NCBI GenBank assembly: GCA_043800555.1
Contig: JAZDMX010000021.1
Coordinates: 29,905 to 93,904, forward strand
Source of the DNA: Candidatus Omnitrophota bacterium
GTDB taxonomy: Bacteria; Omnitrophota; Gorgyraeia; Gygaellales; Profunditerraquicolaceae
Length of the DNA: 64,000 nucleotides
Reading direction: 5' to 3'
Shown: positions 1-10,586 of the stretch, in pieces
Layout: the number at the start of each line of letters is the position of its first letter
Position numbering within the stretch: the stretch's first letter is position 1
The notes under the pieces: model-generated
What the model was told of the DNA's origin: nothing
The model's input: only the letters and a program-made list of their open reading frames with translations
The model's database searches: none
Made by a program: the position numbers and the translations under genes

Positions 1-299
1 GTCCCCAAATACCACGAATCTCCAACTCTTTGCTGGGCGGGAAGCAATTCGATAAATTGGGCCAATTCCGAAGGAAGAAAATTCCACCCCAGGCGGATAT
101 GCCTCTGAAGCGAAGATGATTTATACTGGGTCAGGATATAGATCCTGCGTAACCCCGAATTAATACAGTTGCTTAAAGTAAAATCGATAATCCTGTAAAT
201 GCCGCCGAAAGGGACTGCGGGCTTTGTCCTGTCTTTAGTTAAAGGCAAGAGCCTCTCCCCTTTTCCTCCGGCCATAATAAAAGTTAAGACTTTACGCAT
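1..299 (-). CDS. glgC: Glucose-1-phosphate adenylyltransferase, 5' part (runs off the window)
   Basis: Manual translation from ATG at 299: [49 protein letters not shown], with the GlgC AGG-G-RL and [14 protein letters not shown] motifs. Not in the ORF track. Confidence 0.95.
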   Translation of the reverse strand, partial: MRKVLTFIMAGGKGERLLPLTKDRTKPAVPFGGIYRIIDFTLSNCINSGLRRIYILTQYKSSSLQRHIRLGWNFLPSELAQFIELLPAQQRVGDSWYLG

Positions 300-898
300 C
301 ATTTTAAGAACACTCCGAATACGCCGCTCCTAACCATCATCACGGCGATAGCCGCCAGCAATATATACATAATTTTGGAAAACGCGCGCGTGCCGCTGGG
401 GCCGATGAATTTCATGATCACTTCCGCCTTGACCAGGCTCAGCCAAACTATGCCCATATTTAATATTAATGAAACCAAGGTCGGCATAAGTCCGTAAACA
501 TTCATCATCATCAATGTCGTAGTCAAAACAGCCGGTCCGGTAATTAAAGGCGTCCCTAAAGGAAATACGCCCAGGTCCCGGTCATGGCTATGGGTTAAAC
601 TGTCTTTTTGGGCGCCGGGAAAAAGCAGGCGCGCTGAAAGGACAAACAATAATACTCCGCCGGCAATCTGGAAATCAGGGACAGTGACGCCAAGGAGAGA
701 AAAAACCCACTTGCCGATGAACATAAAGATAACCGCGACGGCTGTGGCAGTCTCCACCGCGTCTATAATTATCTTACTCCTTTGTTTCCGGGAATGGCCT
801 TCAACCAGGGAGAGAAAGACAGGGATGTTGACAACGGCATCCACCGCTACAAACATAGGAATAAATGCCAATATGTAAGGCCTGACTAGTTCCATCAT
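299..898 (-). CDS. marC: MarC family integral membrane protein
   Basis: Six hydrophobic segments; FQIAGG and [12 protein letters not shown] motifs. Confidence 0.9.
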   Translation of the reverse strand: MMELVRPYILAFIPMFVAVDAVVNIPVFLSLVEGHSRKQRSKIIIDAVETATAVAVIFMFIGKWVFSLLGVTVPDFQIAGGVLLFVLSARLLFPGAQKDSLTHSHDRDLGVFPLGTPLITGPAVLTTTLMMMNVYGLMPTLVSLILNMGIVWLSLVKAEVIMKFIGPSGTRAFSKIMYILLAAIAVMMVRSGVFGVFLK

Positions 899-951
899 AA
901 TTTAAAATTATACTCCCTAAATCCCGCTGCTTCAAGTATTTATTTAAAAAG

Positions 952-1005
952 GGGGACGTTTCTACTTTTCCGCCAATCGGGCTCGAGAAAAGTAGAAACG
1001 TCCCC
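952..1005. repeat. REP-like palindrome, copy 1
   Basis: GGGGACGTTTCTACTTTTC + 16 nt + GAAAAGTAGAAACGTCCCC, perfect 19-bp arms flanked by A/T runs. Confidence 0.9.
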
Positions 1006-1021
1006 TTTTTTTATGCAAACC

Positions 1022-2176
1022 CTAATTGATTTTCTTAATTAACGGCAGGCAGAGGAAACTGGTTACTGCGGATAAAAGAATCAGCCATTTCAGGCCGACA
1101 AGGGGCAAAAGATAGGCTCCGGAGAGATTGCTGGCAATAATCGCCAGGTTGCTTACGCTGCAAAGAAGCGCAAAAGAAGTCGCTTCTAATCCGGGAATGG
1201 AATTTCGCGCCATAAAATCCATTGCCATGATAAAAATGAACATCCCCAAAAGGCTATAAAGCACGTCATAAATAACCGCGGTGGCCGGCGTATAATAAAG
1301 GTAACTCAATGTAGTCAGGGCCCCCAGGAACACCGACCAGAAAAGCCATTTTTTGATATTTATCTTCTGACTGAACCTATAATATAATAACGAACCGATA
1401 ATACCAAAAGCCGTGCTGATCGTAGTTAGAAGGCCTATCCAGGTTTTGGTCCACAAAAAGGAATCGCGCTGGATAAACATTAACGGCGTCCCAAAAGACG
1501 GCGAATATCTGTATAAAAAGATGAATAAAGCTACGACGAGCAAATTCCTGTCGGTAATCAGCTTTTTCAAATCAACGGCCAAGCTTGAAGCTGCTTTCTC
1601 CAGCGTCATATAATCTTCTTCCTTGTAGAAATATGCCGGAACATTCACCAGCAAATAAACCGGGAGAAGGAATAAATAACCTGCCTGATACCCCCATCTC
1701 TCGGCGACAACTCCCCCTCCTATCCCGGTAAGTATACCCGCCATAGAAAGAGAAATCCATTGGACGCTCTGGATTTTTCCGGTTGCCCGGTATTTCTTGC
1801 CTTCCACGCACATGATTCCGTCGACCGCTACATCCCGAAACGCGGCATTGGCGGAATTCAACATCAATATGATAATAAGCAGGAAAATCGGCAATTGCAA
1901 TAATCCTACCAACAGGACCAAAACAATATCAAAAGCTAAAGCAATAAAGATCCAGATACGCTTATTGAGAAAATGGTCGATGACGTAACCAATTAAAGGC
2001 TTGACCAGCCAAGCAAGGATGATTATGCTTGAAAGGGCCATTATCTTCTGGGGAGAAAAGTTAAGAGTTTCTTTAAAGTAGTAGAATAAACCCTGGGCGG
2101 GAAGGCCTTCGATGCCTTGAGCAAAATATACCGAACCGCTTAAAGCGAATATCCAGAATAATTTTTTATTTCTGAT
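1022..2176 (-). CDS. MFS transporter, folate-biopterin (BT1/FBT)-like; start uncertain (putative ATC at 2176)
   Basis: AWLVKPLIG and FRDVAVDG motifs. The frame stays open upstream of ATG 2041 through a TM1-like segment (YFAQGIEGLPAQGLFYYFKETLNFSP) up to a TAA at 2201-2203. Confidence 0.8.
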   Translation of the reverse strand: MRNKKLFWIFALSGSVYFAQGIEGLPAQGLFYYFKETLNFSPQKIMALSSIIILAWLVKPLIGYVIDHFLNKRIWIFIALAFDIVLVLLVGLLQLPIFLLIIILMLNSANAAFRDVAVDGIMCVEGKKYRATGKIQSVQWISLSMAGILTGIGGGVVAERWGYQAGYLFLLPVYLLVNVPAYFYKEEDYMTLEKAASSLAVDLKKLITDRNLLVVALFIFLYRYSPSFGTPLMFIQRDSFLWTKTWIGLLTTISTAFGIIGSLLYYRFSQKINIKKWLFWSVFLGALTTLSYLYYTPATAVIYDVLYSLLGMFIFIMAMDFMARNSIPGLEATSFALLCSVSNLAIIASNLSGAYLLPLVGLKWLILLSAVTSFLCLPLIKKIN

Positions 2177-2534
2177 CGGCTTGAGGTGCTTCCTGCGCTT
2201 TTACGGGTGCTTGGGCGGAAGCAGTTGTTGTCGCCGGCGTAACAGCCGCAGTAGGCGTGGCCTTTGCTGCCGGGATAGTTGCTGCCTTAACATTGGAAAG
2301 CAGGGATTTGCTCTGTTTTACCGATAAAATCGCCAGGCCCAAACAAGTAAGGAAGAAAATTATCGACAATATTGTAGTTGAACGCGTAAGAAAAGCATTG
2401 GTCTTGGTGCCGAACATGGATTCGACTCCGGCAAAGCTTTCGACCAAGCCACTCCCCCTGCCCCTCTGGACCAAAACCAGAGTAATCAATAAGAAACACA
2501 CGGTTGCGTGTAAAACAATGACTAAAGTTATCAT
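2166..2534 (-). CDS. secG: Preprotein translocase subunit SecG
   Basis: LVLVQRGRGSGL...FG...LTRST motif; follows tpiA. Confidence 0.93.
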   Translation of the reverse strand: MITLVIVLHATVCFLLITLVLVQRGRGSGLVESFAGVESMFGTKTNAFLTRSTTILSIIFFLTCLGLAILSVKQSKSLLSNVKAATIPAAKATPTAAVTPATTTASAQAPVKAQEAPQADQK

Positions 2535-3304
2535 TTTATCACCTCGGCAGCTTTTTTCACAATGTCCGTAAAACTTGCAACCTGCAGGCTGGCCCCTCCA
2601 ACAAGGGCGCCATCCACATCAGGTTGCTTCATTAATTCGGCTATATTCTCCGGCTTTACGCTTCCGCCGTATTGCAATCTTATTTGGCTGGATGCTTCTT
2701 TATCATAAAGCTTGCCTATTAAGTCCCTGATATACTTATGCGCTTCCTGCGCCTGGATAGGCGTAGCTGTTTTACCTGTCCCAATTGCCCAAACCGGCTC
2801 ATAGGCAATCACCATCCTTAAAACATCTTCTTTGGCGATTCCGGTTAAGCCATTCCGAAGGTGATCCTCTAATACGCTAAAGGTCTCTTGGGCTTCCCTC
2901 TCGCTTAATGTCTCGCCAACGCAAAGTACCGGCGTAAGCGAATTTGCCAGGGCTGCCTTAATTTTTTTATTTACGGATTCGTTGGTTTCTCCGAAAAACT
3001 GCCTGCGCTCGGAGTGGCCTATGACAACAAAGCTGCACCCGGCTTCCTTAAGCATCTTTGCGGACACCTCTCCGGTAAAAGCGCCTTCATCAAGCCAATA
3101 AAGGTCCTGGCCGCCCAACATTATGCCAGATTCAGAGATAACTTCGTAAACTTCGCTTAAGGCCGTAAATGGAGGGCAAAGCACGACATCAACGCCCTGG
3201 CTATCTAACTTAAAAAGTTCGCGTTTAAGGCCATTGCTCAATTCAATGGCCTCTTTGATGGTTTTGTACATCTTCCAGTTTCCGGCAATTATGGTTTTTC
3301 GCAT
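2531..3304 (-). CDS. tpiA: Triosephosphate isomerase
   Basis: [24 protein letters not shown] and LVGGASL motifs. Confidence 0.99.
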   Translation of the reverse strand: MRKTIIAGNWKMYKTIKEAIELSNGLKRELFKLDSQGVDVVLCPPFTALSEVYEVISESGIMLGGQDLYWLDEGAFTGEVSAKMLKEAGCSFVVIGHSERRQFFGETNESVNKKIKAALANSLTPVLCVGETLSEREAQETFSVLEDHLRNGLTGIAKEDVLRMVIAYEPVWAIGTGKTATPIQAQEAHKYIRDLIGKLYDKEASSQIRLQYGGSVKPENIAELMKQPDVDGALVGGASLQVASFTDIVKKAAEVIK

Positions 3305-3305
3305 T

Positions 3306-4487
3306 TTACCTGTCAGTCAAAGCAGCTACCCCGGGTAAGACTTTACCCTCTAAATACTCCAAACTTGCTCCGCCGCCGGTTGAAATATGGGTCATCTTAT
3401 CCTCTAATTTGAATTTGGCGATTGCGGCTGCCGTATCTCCGCCGCCGATAACAGTAGTTACCCCAAGATTACCCACAAAATTTGCCACCTTTTTTGTCCC
3501 TTGGCTAAAAGCGTCCACCTCAAAAATACCTAACGGCCCGTTCCAAACAATGGTTTTAGCGGGGCTTAATTTATCCTCGAATAGCCTAATCGTCTTTGGC
3601 CCTATATCCACGGCAATTTTTCCTTCCGGGATCTGGTCTCCGGCAATTTCGGTTACAGCGTCCGGCTCAATCGCATCAACCACTATATTATCCACCGGAA
3701 GGACGATTTCCTTATTCAGGCTGCTGGCCTTCTCTAAAATTAACTTGGCTAAATCCAGCTTATCCTTCTCCAGTTTCGAATTGCCGATTTGCCTGCCTTG
3801 CGCCTTCAAGAAAGTATACGCCATCCCGCCGCCGACAATAATCTTATCGGCTTTAGGGAGCAGGTTATCAATCATCCCGATCTTATCCGAAACTTTTGCT
3901 CCGCCTAAGATCACCATAAACGGCTTAGCCGGATCTTGCATGACATTTCCTAAATATTGGATTTCTTTTTCGAGTAAAAACCCGGCCGCGGATTTTAAAA
4001 AATGAGCGACACCTTCGGTTGAAGCATGCGCCCGGTGCGCCGCCCCAAAGGCGTCATTTACGAAAATATCGGCGAGAGCGGCCAATTGCTTGGCAAAACC
4101 AGCGTCATTGGCTTCCTCTTCGGCATGAAAACGTAAATTTTCCAAAAGGACAACCTTCTGCCGGGAAGAATTGATTTCTTGCTTGATGCCAGGGCCGACG
4201 CAATCATTGAGGAATAAAATATCCTGGGCCAAAAGTTCTTTTAAGCGGCCGGCCACGGGCTTCAAGCTGTATTTAGCCACAACTTTGCCCTCAGGCCTTC
4301 CTAAATGGCTCATTAATACCAACTTCTTGGCCCCGTTATCCAGAATATACTTTATCGTAGGCAAGGTGGCGCGTATGCGGATATCGTCGGTAATGTTCAA
4401 GTCAGCATCCAACGGGACATTAAAATCCGCCCGCATCAATACGGTTTTTCCCTTAAAATCAATGTCATTTACTGTAAGTTTTGCCAT
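3306..4487 (-). CDS. pgk: Phosphoglycerate kinase
   Basis: RADFNVP, SHLGRP, LENLRF and STGGGASLE motifs. Confidence 0.99.
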   Translation of the reverse strand: MAKLTVNDIDFKGKTVLMRADFNVPLDADLNITDDIRIRATLPTIKYILDNGAKKLVLMSHLGRPEGKVVAKYSLKPVAGRLKELLAQDILFLNDCVGPGIKQEINSSRQKVVLLENLRFHAEEEANDAGFAKQLAALADIFVNDAFGAAHRAHASTEGVAHFLKSAAGFLLEKEIQYLGNVMQDPAKPFMVILGGAKVSDKIGMIDNLLPKADKIIVGGGMAYTFLKAQGRQIGNSKLEKDKLDLAKLILEKASSLNKEIVLPVDNIVVDAIEPDAVTEIAGDQIPEGKIAVDIGPKTIRLFEDKLSPAKTIVWNGPLGIFEVDAFSQGTKKVANFVGNLGVTTVIGGGDTAAAIAKFKLEDKMTHISTGGGASLEYLEGKVLPGVAALTDR

Positions 4488-4522
4488 TTCTGGATCTCCT
4501 GGACTTTAAAAAATAGATGTAT

Positions 4523-4551
4523 AATATATATGAAATACCCTGACATGTCAA
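4523..4551 (-). promoter_or_regulatory. Sigma70-type promoter of pgk-tpiA-secG
   Basis: TTGACA-17 nt-TATATT on the minus strand. Confidence 0.6.
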
Positions 4552-4562
4552 ACGCTTTTTAC

Positions 4563-4781
4563 CTACTTGACGACCTTGCCTTCCACGTCGATTACATCCT
4601 TACGCTTAGCGCGGACGGATGAATGGATACGCCAAAGCCCGATATAGGAATTAATTATAAATAGCAGCAACAAAACCCCCTCAATAGCCAGCCAGAGGCC
4701 GGTTCCAAAAAATAACCTGCCGAACAGTAAATTGAATACTATTAAAGAAGGCAAAAGACAACCGCTAAAAGCTATAGACAT
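4563..4781 (-). CDS. Small two-TM membrane protein
   Basis: Two hydrophobic helices, C-terminal DVIDVEGKVV; abuts the nitroreductase gene. Confidence 0.65.
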   Translation of the reverse strand: MSIAFSGCLLPSLIVFNLLFGRLFFGTGLWLAIEGVLLLLFIINSYIGLWRIHSSVRAKRKDVIDVEGKVVK

Positions 4782-4782
4782 G

Positions 4783-5283
4783 CTAAAACTTCTCCCAATG
4801 TATCAGCTCCTTAAGGCTTCTTTTATCCGCCGGCCTAAAACAATTCTTGTCTTCAGGGTAACCCAAGGCGACCAAGCTGACCAATTTTAATCCGGCGGGA
4901 ACTGCCAATAAACCGCTAATTTCTTCGCAATACGGCTTTTTATCCCCCGCTACCCAGCATGAGCCTATTCCAAAATCTGTCGCGGCGTTTAAAATATTTA
5001 CGGTAGCGCTACAGCCGTCTTCAAGGTAATATCTCGTATCTGAACAAAATACGGCTATGCAGGCCTTAGCGCCGGCCATAAATTTCGCATTATCCCCCAG
5101 CTGCGCTATCTTTCTTAAAGTAGGCTCTTTAGTAATTACTACGAATTCCCAAGGCTGCACATTTCTGGCGGTAGGGGAAAACCTGGCAACATCAATTAAA
5201 TCCTCCAAAACTTTCCCGGGAATCTCTCTACCTTGAAAGACCCTAACGCTTCTTCTTGATTTAAGCGCATCTAAGGTATCCAT
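4783..5283 (-). CDS. Nitroreductase family protein
   Basis: RRSVRVF and PTARNVQPWEF motifs; start moved to ATG 5283 behind a GGAGG RBS. Confidence 0.92.
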   Translation of the reverse strand: MDTLDALKSRRSVRVFQGREIPGKVLEDLIDVARFSPTARNVQPWEFVVITKEPTLRKIAQLGDNAKFMAGAKACIAVFCSDTRYYLEDGCSATVNILNAATDFGIGSCWVAGDKKPYCEEISGLLAVPAGLKLVSLVALGYPEDKNCFRPADKRSLKELIHWEKF

Positions 5284-5326
5284 CGAACCTCCCTGTTTTC
5301 CCCGCACAAATCCGATACATTTTCCC

Positions 5327-5743
5327 TTAAGGGTTACGGCCTGCCTGCCGCAGAGGCAAAGAAACAGGAAGGAATTTGGAGCGGATCTCCGGAGCAATAG
5401 CCTTTGGCTTTAGATTTTTATCTACGCAAACGAGGATTGTCTTGGCCTTAGTTATGAGCCGGCCATCCTGATTATAAATTTCGTTTTCAAAGATTATCTT
5501 TACGGTTGAAGTTTCAACTATACTGGTCTTAATCTCCAATACGTCGCCATAAACTCCGGGGGCCTTATAGTCAATCTCCTGGCGGGCAACCACAAACATT
5601 GTGCCGCTATCCGCCAATTCCTTTATCGAGAAGCCTTTTTCGCTAAAAAATTCCGTGCGCGCTTCTTCTAAGAACTTAAGGTAATTAGAGTAATAAACCA
5701 CTCCCCCGCAATCCGTATCGTGATAATAAATTTTTTTCTTCAT
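5327..5743 (-). CDS. YbgC/FadM-family acyl-CoA thioesterase
   Basis: YHDTDCGGVVYYSNYLKFLEEAR hot-dog fold motif. Confidence 0.92.
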   Translation of the reverse strand: MKKKIYYHDTDCGGVVYYSNYLKFLEEARTEFFSEKGFSIKELADSGTMFVVARQEIDYKAPGVYGDVLEIKTSIVETSTVKIIFENEIYNQDGRLITKAKTILVCVDKNLKPKAIAPEIRSKFLPVSLPLRQAGRNP

Positions 5744-5806
5744 ATCCTTCTTAGAAAGATACTTCTATGTTTATGGCTGCAAGAATGGCACCGCCCCTTT
5801 TGCCCT

Positions 5807-6793
5807 CTATATCTTTCTTATAATAATATAGGCTAACGCCGATATCAATGCCGAACAAGGAATGGTCAAAACCCAGGCCCAGACGATCCTCCCGGCCACT
5901 CCCCACTTTACCGCGCTTAAACGCTTGATCGAACCAACCCCCATAATCGAACCGGTGATAGTATGGGTTGTGCTGACCGGCACGCCAAAACCCGAAGAAA
6001 CAAACAACATGGTTGCCGCGCCAAGCTCAGCGCAAAATCCGTCAATAGGCTTAAGCTTGGCTACTTTCTGGCCCATTGTCTTAACAATACGCCAGCCGCC
6101 GAACATCGTCCCTATGGATATGGCGCAATAACAGCTGATTACCACCCACATAGGTATATAGAATTTTTGCCCCAGGAGGCCTGCGCTAAAAAGCAGGCTG
6201 GCAATAATTCCCATGGTTTTCTGCGCGTCATTTCCGCCATGGCCCATGCTATAAAGAGCAGCCGACAAAAGCTGCCCTTTTCTGAATATATGGTCAACTT
6301 TTACCGGTACGCTCTTACGGAAAATCCAATAAACCAAAATTCCCAAAAGCAATCCCAGGATAAGCCCGATAACCGGAGAAATAAATATAAAAGAAACCGT
6401 CTTAATTATACCGCTCCAAACTAAGGAGCCGGGCCCGGCCTTGACTAAACCCGAACCAATCATCCCTCCGATCAGGGCATGCGAAGAACTCGTCGGTAGC
6501 CCGAAAAACCAGGTAATAATGTTCCAGCCGCAGGCGCCTACCAACGTACCGAAAATAACCCCGTTATCTATGACCGCGATATCAATTATGCCCTTGCCTA
6601 TGGTATTGGCGACATGGAGGCCAAAAAATAAGAAAGCGGCAAAATTAAAAAAGGCCGCCCAGACAACCGCTAAACGCGGAGAAAGCACGCGGGTAGAAAC
6701 TACCGTGGCGATGGAATTAGCTGAATCGTGAAATCCGTTTAGAAAATCAAACGCTAAAGCCAGAAGAATCAAAAGGATTATACTTAACGTCAT
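5807..6793 (-). CDS. pit: Inorganic phosphate transporter (PiT family)
   Basis: GFHDSANSIAT, HGGNDAQK and PVSTTH motifs. Confidence 0.96.
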   Translation of the reverse strand: MTLSIILLILLALAFDFLNGFHDSANSIATVVSTRVLSPRLAVVWAAFFNFAAFLFFGLHVANTIGKGIIDIAVIDNGVIFGTLVGACGWNIITWFFGLPTSSSHALIGGMIGSGLVKAGPGSLVWSGIIKTVSFIFISPVIGLILGLLLGILVYWIFRKSVPVKVDHIFRKGQLLSAALYSMGHGGNDAQKTMGIIASLLFSAGLLGQKFYIPMWVVISCYCAISIGTMFGGWRIVKTMGQKVAKLKPIDGFCAELGAATMLFVSSGFGVPVSTTHTITGSIMGVGSIKRLSAVKWGVAGRIVWAWVLTIPCSALISALAYIIIRKI

Positions 6794-6797
6794 AAAA

Positions 6798-7424
6798 TTA
6801 AGCTTGTTTTACCATTATGGAACTAACTACATGGGCGACATCTTCGCAAATATCAAGCACTGTTTCGGAATCCTGGTATATTTCTTTCCATTTAATCACT
6901 TCAATAGGGTCCTTCTCGGTCTCAAAAAGCTCCGCCAACACTTTATCTCTCATCGTATCGCCGACGTTTTCCAGCCGGTTGATCTCGACGCAGGATTCGG
7001 ATATGGCTTTGGAATTTTTCATGTTCCGCATTGCCTTTACCATACAGTCAACTGCCAGGACCGATTCCTCAATAGCAGAAGCAAAAGCTAACAGGTTCTT
7101 GTTAACACTGGTAACTTTATAAACCATCAAGCGGTTTACAATGGTATTGATCATATCGATGACATCATCCAATTCTTTTGCTAAAGCATGAATGTCTTCG
7201 CGGTCAAACGGCGTTATAAATGTTTTATTGAGCTGGTCGATAATTGCATGAGCTACCTCATCCCCCTGATGCTCTATCGCGCGGATCCTTTCGATGCCCT
7301 GCTCATCTATTTTACCCCTAGAGGTCAACTCCTTGAAAGCTGCCGCCGCTTCAACCGCGTAGCTTACCTGCTTCTCAAATAAATCAAAAAAATTAAATTC
7401 CTTGGGGATGAGATTAAAAAACAT
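6798..7424 (-). CDS. DUF47 / PhoU-like Pit accessory protein
   Basis: EHQGD...TFITPFDREDI motif; directly upstream of pit. Confidence 0.93.
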   Translation of the reverse strand: MFFNLIPKEFNFFDLFEKQVSYAVEAAAAFKELTSRGKIDEQGIERIRAIEHQGDEVAHAIIDQLNKTFITPFDREDIHALAKELDDVIDMINTIVNRLMVYKVTSVNKNLLAFASAIEESVLAVDCMVKAMRNMKNSKAISESCVEINRLENVGDTMRDKVLAELFETEKDPIEVIKWKEIYQDSETVLDICEDVAHVVSSIMVKQA

Positions 7425-7538
7425 TTTTTCTCCTTTATCTGTTAATTGAAATACGAATTTTGTTTGTTGCGGAACTAAAATTATTATAACAGAATTTTAT
7501 TAATTATAAAGGAAAATATTAAGAAGGAAAAACGGGCC

Positions 7539-7623
7539 GGAAAAATGGGGACGGGAAAAATGGGGACGTTTCTACTTTTCTAGCGGTCAAATTCGTGAAA
7601 AGTAGAAACGTCCCCATTTTTCC
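7539..7623. repeat. REP-like palindrome, copy 2
   Basis: 27-bp arms at 7554-7580 and 7597-7623 with a 16-nt spacer; extra partial left arm GGAAAAATGGGGACG at 7539-7553. Confidence 0.9.
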
Positions 7624-10185
7624 TTAGATAACCGGCCGCGATTTTTTATTTAAAGCTTTCAAACCTTCAAACCATAACAAACTTACCGCTCCGCTGAGGA
7701 ATGTAACCGCCAGGTCATCGGCGGTTAAAAACGCGAAGTGAAAAAGATTGCGTAAAACCGGGACGTACAACACGCTGGCCAGGGCGATCAAAGCCGCGGA
7801 TACTACCCACCATAACGCCCGGTTATCCGATTTCAGTATTTTGGTGAACCCTTGCGACCATGATAAATTAGTAATAATCAGCATAATATTGGCAAAGACC
7901 AAGGTAGCAAACGCCAAGGTGCGCGCCTCAAGCTCCCCCTTATTTGAATACAGAGAGAAAATAAAAACTATAAAAACAACCGCCAATACGCTTATTCCCT
8001 GCAACAAACTGAAAATAAATGATTTCTTATTGAATAACGCTTCGCTTAAATTGCGCGGCGGCCTTTTCATTATGCCCTTCTCTTCCTTAGATGATTCAAA
8101 AACGGTTGAACAGGCCGGATCAATTATCAACTCCAAAAAAGCTATATGCGCCGGCAATAATACAATAGGCAATTGGAATAACACGGGCAAAAAAGACATC
8201 CCGGCTATCGGCACATGCACGGCGAAAATATAAGCGATTGCCTTCTTTAAATTGTCAAATATCCTTCTGCCCATACGAATCGCCGCTACTATCGATGAGA
8301 AATCATCGTTAAGCAAAACCAAATCCGAGGCTTCGCGGGCGACATCTGTCCCGCGCTCGCCCATAGCAATCCCGATACTGGCTGATTTCAAGGCCGCGGC
8401 GTCATTTACCCCGTCTCCGGTCATTGCCACTATAGCGCCATTTGCTTTCAAGGCATTCACAATCGCCAGTTTCTGCTCGGGGACCACCCTGGCAAAAACA
8501 TTTACCTCTTTTATTCTTTCCCTCAACTGCAACTGGGATATCTTCTCCAGATCCGGCCCGGTTATATACTGGCCCGGATTTTTCAAGCCAATTTGCCTGG
8601 CAATATGCACGGCTGTCCCCGGGTAATCCCCGGTAATCATAATGACCCTTACTCCCGCCTCATACGCCTCTTTAATCGCTCCGGGCACCGTTAAGCGCAC
8701 GGGGTCGATAAAACCAATCAGCCCTATGAATTCAAAAGCAAAATCATGCTGCACATCCGGAAGCTCACGTTTTTTAAAAAAGGCTTTGGCCACCCCCAAA
8801 ACACGCAAACCCTTATTTGCCATTTCTTCGATACAAAGCGTCAATTCTTTATGTTTTTCGAAACTAAGATGACAAAGATCGGCAATGGCCTCCGGGGACC
8901 CTTTAGCGGCAATAATATAATTCTGCTTATCCGGAGACTCCCAAACATGGGATAAAGCAAGTAACTTTTTGGAAAGCGTGTACTCACGGATTAATTTCCA
9001 ATTTTTATGGAGGTGCTCGGAACCCGATAAATATAATTCCCCCACATCCTTAACTTCTTTTTCAATCGGATCAAACGGGTCCTTCTGGCTGGCTAAAATA
9101 CCGTACTCGATCAAATCATGGACTGCTTCCGGCAAGGATTTTAAGTTTTGCGTATCAACCTCAAAATAGCCGCCTTTTACGCAAAGCATGGCAAGCTTCA
9201 TCTTGTTTAAGGTAAGCGTTCCGGTCTTATCCGTGCATAGCACGGTTGCCGCTCCCAGAGTTTCTATTGCCTGGGCCCTGCGGGTAAGAACCTGTTTCCT
9301 GGAAATTCGCCAGGCGCCCAAAGTAAGGAAAATAATCAGGACTACCGGAAACTCCTCCGGCAATATTGCCATACCCAGGGTCAATCCGGAAAGGGCCCCA
9401 TGCGGCCAGTTATTCCTGGTAAAACCGTAAATCAAAACTACTAGAGAGCAGAGAATGACTCCCGCGATGAAAAAATCGCGGACAATCTTTGCTGTTTCTT
9501 TTTGAAGCAAGGTATCATCTTCAGGGATCTGCTCAAGGGACCTGCCGATTTTTCCCATTTCGGTATGCGCCCCCACCGAAGTCACTTGAGCAATCCCCCG
9601 GCCGCTCACCGCCATTGTCCCCGAATACACAAAGGGCAAGTCATCTCCTCCCGGGCGCTTACAGGGTTCTTCTTGGTCCCATTGCGACTTACGCACCGGC
9701 ATTGATTCGCCGGTAAGAAGAGATTCGTCAACGGCTAGGTTAGAACATGATAAAATTACCGCGTCTGCCGGGACGCGGTCCCCCTCTCTTAAAATAATGA
9801 TATCTTCCCGGACAACGAACCTGCCGGCGATCCTTTTTTGCTTTCCATCGCGGATTACCAGGGCGCGGGGGCTGGAGAGGTTACGCAGGGCCTCGAGCGC
9901 GCGAGCTGTCTTACGCTCCTGATAAAACGTAATGCCTATAACGACAAAAACAAAAGTCAAGAGCATCGCCGCATCGCGCGCCTCGCCCAAAAACAGATAA
10001 ACCAAGCCGCTTCCGATTAATAATAACAACATCGGCTCGCGGATCACCTCAAAGAAAATTAAAAAAATATTTTTCTTCTTTTGGCAAGGAAGCTCGTTAT
10101 AGCCTTCCTGCTTTATCCTAAGCAGGGCCTGGGTTTCGGATAAACCCGTGATATTATTGATGTCGAATTCGGCTTTCATACCCAA
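7624..10185 (-). CDS. Cation-translocating P-type ATPase (type II, Ca2+-like)
   Basis: TGES, PEEFP, DKTGTLT and MTGDGVND motifs. Confidence 0.95.
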   Translation of the reverse strand: MGMKAEFDINNITGLSETQALLRIKQEGYNELPCQKKKNIFLIFFEVIREPMLLLLIGSGLVYLFLGEARDAAMLLTFVFVVIGITFYQERKTARALEALRNLSSPRALVIRDGKQKRIAGRFVVREDIIILREGDRVPADAVILSCSNLAVDESLLTGESMPVRKSQWDQEEPCKRPGGDDLPFVYSGTMAVSGRGIAQVTSVGAHTEMGKIGRSLEQIPEDDTLLQKETAKIVRDFFIAGVILCSLVVLIYGFTRNNWPHGALSGLTLGMAILPEEFPVVLIIFLTLGAWRISRKQVLTRRAQAIETLGAATVLCTDKTGTLTLNKMKLAMLCVKGGYFEVDTQNLKSLPEAVHDLIEYGILASQKDPFDPIEKEVKDVGELYLSGSEHLHKNWKLIREYTLSKKLLALSHVWESPDKQNYIIAAKGSPEAIADLCHLSFEKHKELTLCIEEMANKGLRVLGVAKAFFKKRELPDVQHDFAFEFIGLIGFIDPVRLTVPGAIKEAYEAGVRVIMITGDYPGTAVHIARQIGLKNPGQYITGPDLEKISQLQLRERIKEVNVFARVVPEQKLAIVNALKANGAIVAMTGDGVNDAAALKSASIGIAMGERGTDVAREASDLVLLNDDFSSIVAAIRMGRRIFDNLKKAIAYIFAVHVPIAGMSFLPVLFQLPIVLLPAHIAFLELIIDPACSTVFESSKEEKGIMKRPPRNLSEALFNKKSFIFSLLQGISVLAVVFIVFIFSLYSNKGELEARTLAFATLVFANIMLIITNLSWSQGFTKILKSDNRALWWVVSAALIALASVLYVPVLRNLFHFAFLTADDLAVTFLSGAVSLLWFEGLKALNKKSRPVI

Positions 10186-10192
10186 AGGGACA

Positions 10193-10471
10193 CTAACCGG
10201 CTAGCTTATCAAATTCATCCACGCTTAGCGCAGGATACCCGGTAAAGCAAATACCGGTCAGTTTAGTCATCGCTATCGACGCTTTCAACAATTCTTTGTT
10301 ACCCGGGAAATCCACTAATAAGGCTATATCGTAATTACCTATAAGGATATACATGAGACTGGCCTTGCCGCCGTTTTTCTTGATGATCTCAACCGCCTTT
10401 TTGGTCCGCCCCGGGCCAATCCCCTTAACAGCTTCGACTGAATACTTGCCCAACATCAGATACTTAGCCAT
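10193..10471 (-). CDS. GYD domain-containing protein
   Basis: 92 aa with GNYD motif and GYD-family pattern. Confidence 0.8.
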   Translation of the reverse strand: MAKYLMLGKYSVEAVKGIGPGRTKKAVEIIKKNGGKASLMYILIGNYDIALLVDFPGNKELLKASIAMTKLTGICFTGYPALSVDEFDKLAG

Positions 10472-10586
10472 ATCCCCTCCTAGTTTTTAGCCGGCCCAAC
10501 AAGCAGGCTACCCTCTTGGCCCATCCTTCATCTAATCAAAATTATATAACCCCTGCCGGCTCAAAGCAAGGGCTATTCTTCATCCG

